From NCBI GenBank assembly GCA_050015395.1, contig JBEKBM010000005.1:32001-96000 (forward strand): a stretch of 64,000 nt of DNA, given 5' to 3'. Positions 56,968 through 64,000 of the stretch are shown piece by piece. Below the pieces are notes generated by a model. The model was not told the DNA's origin, searched no databases, and was given only the letters and a program-made list of their open reading frames with translations. Made by a program: the position numbers and the translations under genes. This stretch comes from Candidatus Bathyarchaeia archaeon (GTDB taxonomy: Archaea > Thermoproteota > Bathyarchaeia > Bathyarchaeales > Bathycorpusculaceae). Numbering within the stretch: position 1 is the first letter of the stretch; every line of letters begins with the position of its first letter.

Positions 56968-58234
56968 ACATTTTTCTCTGCAAACCCACAGGCAGTGTTG
57001 CTAAGCCAAAGTCGTCCGAGAGGAGTTTCTGCTTGAATCTTTTCACGTTTATGGTGTTCTTCATAAGATAGAACAAGACGCCTGCACGTTCAATGCAGTT
57101 CACAAGTGTCAAGCCTACGATAACGTTGTTTTTAAGGACAAGTTTCTTGTAGACATTGCGCTCAGCGTCGTGTTTAACGAGCACTTCCAGTGCTGGGTCT
57201 TCCTTAGGGTTAGCTAAGCCTATGGAAACGATGGGGATGTCAAAGTACTTGAGGCTGCTCATGTTTGTGCCGCCTATATACGTGGTTTTCTTGCCTGCCA
57301 TGTTGTAACCTGCAATTTGTCCTTCCAAGACTGCGAGGGGCCAGAGAGGCAAGAGGCGGTTCTGGTTCATAATGAAATCGTACGCTTCAGCCACATCGCC
57401 GCTAGCGTAAACGTCAGGTACATTTGTCTGCATCGTATTGTCAACTACTATTCCCCTGTTAGTTTTCACCGCTGTTCCTACGACCAGTTCAGTGCGTGGA
57501 ACAACACCGATGGCTACGATGACAAGGTCACAGGGCACTTGGTCACCCTTGGTTAAGATTACTCCGCCGACTACGCCATCGTTGCCTGGTGTGCCCAAGA
57601 TTTTCTGGACAGACTGACCAGTTACGATGTTGACGCCTGCCTTCTTAACGACGCCTTCCACAAGGTCTGATGCTTTCGCATCCAAAAGCAAGCTGAGAAT
57701 TTTCTCTTGCAATTCAACCATTGTAACTTTTAAGCCACGCTTCATGAGGGCTTCTGTTACGCTTATGCCGATGAGACCTGCGCCTATAACTACTGCCGCC
57801 TTAGCGTTTATGCTATCAATTTTGGCTGCAAGCTGTTGAGCATCCTTAATGGTGGTGAACGTGAATACGCCATCCTTATCTGAGCCTTCCATCTTTGGAA
57901 CAAAGGGTTTGCCGCCTGTTGCAAGCAGCAACTTTTCATAAGCAACTTTTTCGCCGCTCTCCAGCTGGACGGTTTTCTCGGTAAGGTTTAGGGCTGTTGC
58001 TTTTTTGCCTGTGAGTGCTTCCGCGTTGTTTTCTTTCCAGAAGTCGTCGGTTCGGCACTTCATCTTATGGAAGTCTGCTTTGCCGCTGACAAAGTCGCTA
58101 ATCATTGGACGACTGTACTGGGGGCATGGTTCTTCTGAAATTATGGTTATGCTTCCGGCTGGGTCTACTTCTCGGATGGCTTCAACTGCGCCTATGCTTG
58201 CTGCTGAACCGCCAACAATCAGGTACTTTGCCAA
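56954..58234 (-). CDS. FAD/NAD(P)-dependent oxidoreductase (probable electron input to glutamate synthase)
   Basis: LLATGG, VIGAGLIG, VYASGDVAE. Confidence 0.88.
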   Translation of the reverse strand: MAKYLIVGGSAASIGAVEAIREVDPAGSITIISEEPCPQYSRPMISDFVSGKADFHKMKCRTDDFWKENNAEALTGKKATALNLTEKTVQLESGEKVAYEKLLLATGGKPFVPKMEGSDKDGVFTFTTIKDAQQLAAKIDSINAKAAVVIGAGLIGISVTEALMKRGLKVTMVELQEKILSLLLDAKASDLVEGVVKKAGVNIVTGQSVQKILGTPGNDGVVGGVILTKGDQVPCDLVIVAIGVVPRTELVVGTAVKTNRGIVVDNTMQTNVPDVYASGDVAEAYDFIMNQNRLLPLWPLAVLEGQIAGYNMAGKKTTYIGGTNMSSLKYFDIPIVSIGLANPKEDPALEVLVKHDAERNVYKKLVLKNNVIVGLTLVNCIERAGVLFYLMKNTINVKRFKQKLLSDDFGLATLPVGLQRKMCVVQ

Positions 58235-58235
58235 T

Positions 58236-58697
58236 TTAGGGTTTCACCTCTTTAAATACCAACGCTTCGTTAGGGCAGTTAGCAACGCATGCTGGCTCAT
58301 CAAAACCTTGGCATAAATCGCATTTGGCAACTACTTTGCCTTGCTGATCCATCATTATGGCACCGTATGGACAAACCATTATGCAGGTCCAGCAGCCCAT
58401 GCATTTCTCTTGGTTATAGGTCACTAAACCTGTTTTTTCATCTTTTTGCATTGCGCCTGATAAGCAAGCGGTTACGCATGGTGCGTCTTCGCAGTGTCGG
58501 CATTGGATTGCGAAGGAGACAGGCTTGTTTACTTCTAGTCTTACTCTGCTTATTGGTTTGGGGCGTTCGCTGTTGTAGGCTTTGATTATGTCTTTTGATT
58601 TTGAATGTTGGACTGTGCAGTAAACTTCGCATAGTCCGCAGCCCATGCATACTTCTTGCTTTGCGATTATTCTTTTCATACAGTTAAACCTCATCAA
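58236..58697 (-). CDS. Multi-[4Fe-4S] ferredoxin-like subunit
   Basis: CMGCGLCEVYC, CRHCEDAPCVTAC, CMGCWTCIMVCP, KCDLC...PACVANCP. Confidence 0.92.
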   Translation of the reverse strand: MMRFNCMKRIIAKQEVCMGCGLCEVYCTVQHSKSKDIIKAYNSERPKPISRVRLEVNKPVSFAIQCRHCEDAPCVTACLSGAMQKDEKTGLVTYNQEKCMGCWTCIMVCPYGAIMMDQQGKVVAKCDLCQGFDEPACVANCPNEALVFKEVKP

Positions 58698-58946
58698 ATT
58701 TCTTGTTTAGCGGGGACAACTGAGCATGAGAACATATAGTTCAATGTCGCTTGTGCATGAGGACGCCATTGCTTGTGGTTGATTGTTTAGCACTTCTCAT
58801 TATTACTTTGCAGGTGTTTAGTGGCATTTTTATCCCTTTTTTATTAGTGTTAGCCCATTGAAATAGCATGTATTCTATATAACTTTGTTGATAATCATTT
58901 ATATGCAAGTTAATGAACTATGTTATCTAAATGAAACATATATCAG

Positions 58947-60059
58947 GTGAGTTTTTTGGCAGAAAAAGACCTAGGCTATAGAAAAGTCCAATGCACGGGA
59001 AGAGGATCATACATAATATCCCTACCGAAAGAATGGGTCCAAGACCTAGAGTTAAAACGAGGCAGCGAAATAGCATTCAACAGCCAACCAGACTCCACAC
59101 TAACGCTGGTTCCAAGAAAAATCAAAGAAAAAGAAGGCAGAGACAACGCATCCAAACTCAAAGAATACTTCATAAACGTTGACCCGAAAGAGCCTACACA
59201 ATCCACGCTGCGCATGATCCGCGCGTTATACGCCATAGGCGCTGACATAATAAGAGTCCACTTCAAAAACGCTCAAGACGCAGTAAAATACAAAAATGAA
59301 ATAAAAAACCTATCTAGAGACAACTTTCTTGGTTCAGAAATAATCGATGAAACCTCAGACGAAATCACCCTGCAAATCCTAATAAAGCACTCGGAATTCC
59401 CAATTGAAAAAGCTGTTAGAAGAATGGCTATTGTAGCACTCTCCGCAAACAGAGACGCCATTGCCGCCCTAAAAGACAGAAGCACCACCTTATTTGACAG
59501 CGTAATCAACGCCCACAATGACGTAAACCGCTTGGGACTATACGTCGTTCGCCAACTAAAATACGGCATAGAACGAAACCTATACCGCGAACTCGGCTTT
59601 AGAACACCCAAAGAGTTCCTCTTATACCGCATAGCAGCGAACGACATTGAAAACATTGGCGAAAATGCCATGAATATCATAAACAATTTGGGTTCACTGC
59701 AAAAATTAATCGATGACGAGACGCTTTTCATAAAAGACCCAATAGACGAAGAAATATACAATCAACTGGTCAATTTCAGCTCGCAAGCACACCAGCTATA
59801 CGAAGACGCCATAAAAGCACTCTTCAAAAGAGAATACAAAGACGCTGAGAAACTAATTTCAAAACGCGAATCCCTAGCTCCACTAGAGAATGAGCTAATC
59901 ATGCTAATGTCAAGCAAAAAACTAGACCCAAACATAGCTTCGGTATTGCGCTTAATTTTTGACAGTTCAAGACGCATAATGGATTACAGCAAAAACATGG
60001 CAGAACTAACGCTAAACCGAACTGTAGAAGAACTATGCTCAACACTCGCATACAAATAA
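58947..60059 (+). CDS. phoU: AbrB-domain PhoU family regulator
   Basis: RKVQCTGRGSYIISLPKEW (AbrB) plus two PhoU helical repeats (IENIGE, RRIMDY). Confidence 0.85.
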   Translation: MSFLAEKDLGYRKVQCTGRGSYIISLPKEWVQDLELKRGSEIAFNSQPDSTLTLVPRKIKEKEGRDNASKLKEYFINVDPKEPTQSTLRMIRALYAIGADIIRVHFKNAQDAVKYKNEIKNLSRDNFLGSEIIDETSDEITLQILIKHSEFPIEKAVRRMAIVALSANRDAIAALKDRSTTLFDSVINAHNDVNRLGLYVVRQLKYGIERNLYRELGFRTPKEFLLYRIAANDIENIGENAMNIINNLGSLQKLIDDETLFIKDPIDEEIYNQLVNFSSQAHQLYEDAIKALFKREYKDAEKLISKRESLAPLENELIMLMSSKKLDPNIASVLRLIFDSSRRIMDYSKNMAELTLNRTVEELCSTLAYK

Positions 60060-60113
60060 TTTTCTTTTTCGAAAAGCCATCGGATAATTTAATTATGGAA
60101 CATTCAAATAATT

Positions 60114-60398
60114 ATGCACATGGTAGACATAACAATATCAATTCCTCAAGAATTATATGATAAGATGAAGCGGCATTCAGAAGTCAAGTGGAGCGAAGTC
60201 GTCCGCAAAGCAATAGCAAGTTATGTCTACCGATTAGAAATAGTTGAAGGTGGAGTGGTGCCGATGAAAAGACTGACCAAGAAGCTGAAAGATTCTGGCG
60301 TTGACACCTCAAGTATTGACTTGGAAAAAGCTATTAAATATTACGAAGAAGGCAGGAAGCTGGAATGGAAGAGGCTGTCTAGCACACAAACGAACTGA
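60114..60398 (+). CDS. Ribbon-helix-helix antitoxin-like protein
   Basis: ITISIPQELYDKMKRHSEVKWSEVVRKAI. Confidence 0.8.
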   Translation: MHMVDITISIPQELYDKMKRHSEVKWSEVVRKAIASYVYRLEIVEGGVVPMKRLTKKLKDSGVDTSSIDLEKAIKYYEEGRKLEWKRLSSTQTN

Positions 60399-60472
60399 CA
60401 GATTTTCTAAAAAGAGCAAGCTTGTTTATAGCAATAGATTCAGTAAGAAAAAACTTCGCTGAAACTAAGTAA
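60365..60472 (+). pseudogene. Collapsed remnant of the cognate PIN toxin
   Basis: MEEAV*HTNELTDFLKR (decayed AVYDTN-type PIN start) overlapping the antitoxin end; only 36 codons. Confidence 0.45.
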
Positions 60473-60474
60473 AA

Positions 60475-60583
60475 TGGTGCTCCGGCCGGGATTTGGACCC
60501 GGGTCCGCGACTCGAGAGGCCGCTATACTTAGTCCCTTAATAAGAAGTCTTAGTAAGGTTTGACCGGACTATACTACCGGAGC
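60475..60583 (-). tRNA. tRNA-Glu(CTC) with a 31-nt intron at position 21/22 (60529-60559), encoded CCA
   Basis: Acceptor GCTCCGG/CCGGAGC-ACCA; anticodon arm GCGGC-CTCTCGA-GTCGC; BHB with GGUC/GACU helix and AAA and AAG bulges. Confidence 0.92.
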
Positions 60584-60664
60584 ATTCGGAAAATGGTTAT
60601 CTCTTACAGATAAATATCTTTTTATGACTTTAAGTTTTGTAAGCAATCAATTTATCCGAAAGCC

Positions 60665-61018
60665 CTATGTTTCCTCGTCTACGTTTAGGAACCGCTTTAT
60701 GGTTGCCACTATTTCAGCTAGTCCTTTCTCTGTTATAGGTGGTTGATAAGGAATTCTGAGCACATTCCAGCCTTGAGCTGTCAAGAGCTCATCGATTTCG
60801 TTATCGCGCTTTTGCTGTTTATCGCTCGAATGTACTGGTGTGCCATCTAAGTAAACAATTTTTCGTTTGTTCATCCAGCAAAAGTCAGGAATGGTTGATT
60901 TTAGAATGATTGGTTTTTGTGTTACCATGCCTGTAGTTAACCCAGCCATGCTTAGTGCTTGAAATACTGCCATTTCTGCTTGGCTGACTTTAGGGTGCAT
61001 GTTTGCTTTATAACTCAA
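60665..61018 (-). CDS. DUF559/Vsr-like endonuclease
   Basis: SQAE, PDF, YLDG..VH, RD...L...GWNVLRI. Confidence 0.8.
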   Translation of the reverse strand: MSYKANMHPKVSQAEMAVFQALSMAGLTTGMVTQKPIILKSTIPDFCWMNKRKIVYLDGTPVHSSDKQQKRDNEIDELLTAQGWNVLRIPYQPPITEKGLAEIVATIKRFLNVDEET

Positions 61019-61112
61019 ATTGGTTCACAAGAAGTAGCATTGCATCTAACCCTTAATAAGTTCTATACAAAAAAGCGGTTGAACCATATGTGCATTCAGT
61101 AACTAAAAGTAG

Positions 61113-61216
61113 GCTTGGCGGAGTCGCCCATGTTAACTCAAGACGCGAATCAAAAAGAGCCCTGAATTGTCAGGGTACGGCAATCCGCGCCTCGTTTAAC
61201 TGCTGACCCGCCAAGC
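61113..61216 (-). ncRNA. Candidate structured non-coding RNA (long interrupted hairpin)
   Basis: 9-bp closing stem, 13-bp stem with five G-U pairs only on the minus strand, apical CCCUGA/UCAGGG hairpin. Confidence 0.45.
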
Positions 61217-61378
61217 ATGGGTGTACCTCTTGGATGGCTATTTCTCGCAAATTAACAAGCCTTTGCGGAGTATAAATGGAATTGTGATTGTGTAATTGCA
61301 ACAACAAGCGTGCGAGCTTCTCTATAAAATCCGAATTTTAAAGTTGCAAATGATTAAAAGAAGCGGTTGCTTTTTACA

Positions 61379-61591
61379 TTATTCATTTACTATTTCTTGT
61401 GTTTCTTCGCGAACTATGGGCATAAAGGTTACGTTGTCTTTTTTGAGTGGTTTACGCTGTATCTTGTCTGGTCTTTTTTGGTCGCCTATCCAGTACATGT
61501 ACCATCCCATGAGGAATATGAAGACTATTACTGGAAGAAGCATGATTACCATGGAGCTATTGCGTTTATGTTTGCGCTTTGAGGCTACCAA
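61379..61591 (-). CDS. Small single-TM membrane protein
   Basis: Basic N-terminus, TM VIMLLPVIVFIFLMGWYMYWIG. Confidence 0.6.
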   Translation of the reverse strand: MVASKRKHKRNSSMVIMLLPVIVFIFLMGWYMYWIGDQKRPDKIQRKPLKKDNVTFMPIVREETQEIVNE

Positions 61592-61824
61592 CTTTGAACC
61601 CTGACTACCTTTCAGCGGACTGGCAAAATAAGCTTTGATAACTTAGAATAAAGATGCAAAATCACTAATTACCTTTGAGCTCTCGGTAGGTCATTTTTGT
61701 TTATGAATTTCTTTATCAAAAATTAGGCCATACCCAAGTCAGCCAGCTTGTAAACAAGCCTTTGCATGCTAATTGTAGGCGCATGGAAAAAGGAAGAGGT
61801 AAAACTTCTTTCAGTGTCTTAGGT

Positions 61825-64000
61825 TTAACTTTCAACTTTTTTCTCTTGCACTTGGAAAGGTGGATACTCCTTGAGTTTATCTGCCATGTCTTTAAGTTGC
61901 TTGTCTACAAGGTAATTCACTGTTCCTTCCTCAAAAGTTCCATCCGCACTTCTTTGCCCAGCTTTTGCTCCAGTAAGAACCTCTATGCCTTCATCAATTG
62001 TTTTGACTGAGTAGATGCTAAATTTGCCGGCTTTCACTGCTTCAATAACTTCTTCTTTAAGCATCAGGTTTTGCACGTTGCTTTCCGGTATCATTACTCC
62101 TTGCTGTCCAGTGAAACCCTTAAGTTTGCAGACTTCAAAGAAACCTTCAATTTTCTCGTTTACCCCGCCTATGGCTTGCACCTCACCTTTCTGATTAACT
62201 GAACCCGTTACTGCTATGTTCTGCTTTATCGGCAGTCCAGAAAGCGCTGATAAAATCGAGTATAATTCGGTGCTTGAAGCGCTGTCACCTTCGACTCCTT
62301 CATAATTCTGCTCAAAAACAAGTCTTGCTGAAAGACTTAACAGTTTGTCCCTAGCGTATTTGTCATTTATGTAGCCGCTGAGAATCAAGACGCCTTTTGT
62401 GTGTATGGGTCCGCCCATTTTAGCTTCTCTTTCAATGTCGATTACCCCTTCTCTGCCCAAGCCAATGCTTGCCGTTACGCGTGAGGGGTTGCCGAAGGCA
62501 AAGTCGCCTAGTCCCATAACGGATAAGCCGTTTACTTGCCCAACCCTTTGTTCAACGGTGTCTATTAGGAAGAACCCGCGTGTTATCATCTCTTGAATTT
62601 TTTCTTGGATGAGTTTTGAGCGGTAAACTTTTTCTTCTATGGCTTTCTTGACATGGTTTCCGTTTATGAACTCGGCGTTTTCTTGTGAAGCATAATAGTT
62701 TGCTTCGCGAATTATGTCAGCAATATGAGCGAATTGGGTTGAAAGCTTGTATTGGTCGTCTGCAATCCTTGAGCTGTACTCTACTAGCTTGGCTACTCCT
62801 GTGCCGTCAAGGTGTTTGAGTTTTTCTTTTTCACATAGTGCGCATACCCAAGCGGCATACTGCATTACTTTATCGTCAGTTCTGTCCATCACTGTGTCAA
62901 ATTCTGCTTTAATCTTGAAAAGTTCTCTAAAATCAGTGTCCAACTGGAATAGTAATTGGTAAATGTAGGGGTCACCAATTAGGATTACTTTGGCTGTTAA
63001 AGGAATAGGCTGGGGTTTAAGGGTTTTAACACTGAGAAAACCATAACGTTCTTCAGGTTCTGTTATAGCTATGTTTCTGTCTCTGAGGTCTCGTTTCAAG
63101 CCGTCATAGGAGAACGGGTCTCTCAGTAACTCTTCAACAGGAATAATCAAGTATCCGCCGTTGGCTTTGTGTATGGATCCTGCCCTGATCATGCTGAAGT
63201 CAGTGGTTAGAGCTCCAAACTGAGCTTCCTTCTCTGTTTTACCAAGAAGGTTAGGGTAAGTAGGGTTGGTTTCCATGACTACAGGGGCACCTTTAGTATC
63301 CGAGTTATCAATGACTACATTTACCTCATATTTCTTGTACGGTTCCTCTTTCATCCAAGGCATTGGGAATGGAAGTTGCTGTTGGGGTTCGCCTCTTTTA
63401 ACAAACTGCTGCAAATTATCCAGAATGTCATTTTGCACGTCTTTCAGGTAGGTTGTTACTTCTGAGGTGTCTTTGTACTTCTCGACGAGGCTTTCCACTT
63501 GATTGCCAATGGTGTAGAGGGCAACTTCTTTGTTGAGTTTCTTTAATGCTTCATGAATTTTTCTTTCCATGTCTATTAGTTGCCGCATTGTGTTTCTAAA
63601 TTCGGCCTCCAACTTTTCCCTTTTTTCTTGGATTTTATCCTTCATTTTTTGAGGCAATGCTAACATTTCTTCTTCGCTGAGCGGTTTGCCATCTAATACT
63701 GGAATAAGTAGCAGGCCAATAGGTGTTGTTTGAATTACAAAGCCTTCCCGTTGAGCCTTCTGGTTTAATTCTTCAATTAACTGTTTTCTTTGATTTTCTA
63801 GCCCTTGGATGGTGGATTCTCTTTTTGCAACGTAATCTTCACTTTCAAAAGCTTTAGGAAGCGCATTCCGAACAACATTTTCAATAAAATTTTTTATATC
63901 ATCGCGGAATTCTTTTCCTTTTCCAGCTGGCAACTGAATGGCTTTCGGCTCGTACGAGTTAGCAAAATTATTGACGTAACAACAGTCAGGTGGAACTGGC
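61825..64000 (-). CDS. Lon-like (LonC-type) protease, 5' end outside the window
   Basis: Frame open to the window end (PPDCCYVNNF); HKANGGYL, GQVNGL, catalytic GDSAS and GGVNEKIEGF. Confidence 0.93.
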   Translation of the reverse strand, partial: PVPPDCCYVNNFANSYEPKAIQLPAGKGKEFRDDIKNFIENVVRNALPKAFESEDYVAKRESTIQGLENQRKQLIEELNQKAQREGFVIQTTPIGLLLIPVLDGKPLSEEEMLALPQKMKDKIQEKREKLEAEFRNTMRQLIDMERKIHEALKKLNKEVALYTIGNQVESLVEKYKDTSEVTTYLKDVQNDILDNLQQFVKRGEPQQQLPFPMPWMKEEPYKKYEVNVVIDNSDTKGAPVVMETNPTYPNLLGKTEKEAQFGALTTDFSMIRAGSIHKANGGYLIIPVEELLRDPFSYDGLKRDLRDRNIAITEPEERYGFLSVKTLKPQPIPLTAKVILIGDPYIYQLLFQLDTDFRELFKIKAEFDTVMDRTDDKVMQYAAWVCALCEKEKLKHLDGTGVAKLVEYSSRIADDQYKLSTQFAHIADIIREANYYASQENAEFINGNHVKKAIEEKVYRSKLIQEKIQEMITRGFFLIDTVEQRVGQVNGLSVMGLGDFAFGNPSRVTASIGLGREGVIDIEREAKMGGPIHTKGVLILSGYINDKYARDKLLSLSARLVFEQNYEGVEGDSASSTELYSILSALSGLPIKQNIAVTGSVNQKGEVQAIGGVNEKIEGFFEVCKLKGFTGQQGVMIPESNVQNLMLKEEVIEAVKAGKFSIYSVKTIDEGIEVLTGAKAGQRSADGTFEEGTVNYLVDKQLKDMADKLKEYPPFQVQEKKVES

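Noticed and set aside
58741-58800. 19-codon uORF or riboswitch upstream of the glutamate synthase operon
   Set aside because: No Gln/Glu enrichment and no recognisable glnA-motif structure.
59273-59761. 162-aa antisense ORF and similar long antisense ORFs across the window
   Set aside because: Lie opposite well-supported genes and show no motifs; codon-bias shadows.
61131-61200. attC site within the hairpin (GTTAAC cores)
   Set aside because: Core sites do not fit the R''/R' consensus and order, and there is no integron integrase nearby.

Overview
Archaeal chromosomal segment, most consistent with a TACK-group archaeon, probably Bathyarchaeia. This is inferred from a PolB1-type polymerase, AglB/AglH, CarS, a thermosome, the exosome/proteasome superoperon, the S13-S4-S11-Rpo3-L18e-L13-S9-Rpo10 operon and a tRNA-Glu with a D-arm BHB intron. 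Housekeeping blocks are interrupted by three accessory regions. (i) 2.9-8.6 kb is a bacterial-like carbohydrate/stress island: GT4, a six-hairpin protein, CBS, two GH130 phosphorylases, a Csp3-like copper-storage protein and a small stress protein. (ii) 16.7-20.1 kb carries a wHTH pair, a nucleotidyltransferase with a Cas2/PaaX-like C-terminal domain, DUF488 and a HEPN-like orphan. (iii) 37.5-44.0 kb is an AT-rich island in which single-gene units are separated by three copies of a 23-bp direct repeat, one unit encoding a His-rich domain fused to a catalytically dead tyrosine recombinase; a toxin-antitoxin cluster with several pseudogenes and terminase remnants follows. Other notable items are eukaryote-like PAC4 and OSTC/DC2 homologues, an apparent ACG start for rps4, a strand-biased 104-nt hairpin RNA candidate, and several small genes missed by the ORF track. 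No CRISPR array, rRNA or intact transposase was seen. All family assignments come from motif recognition by eye, not from database searches.
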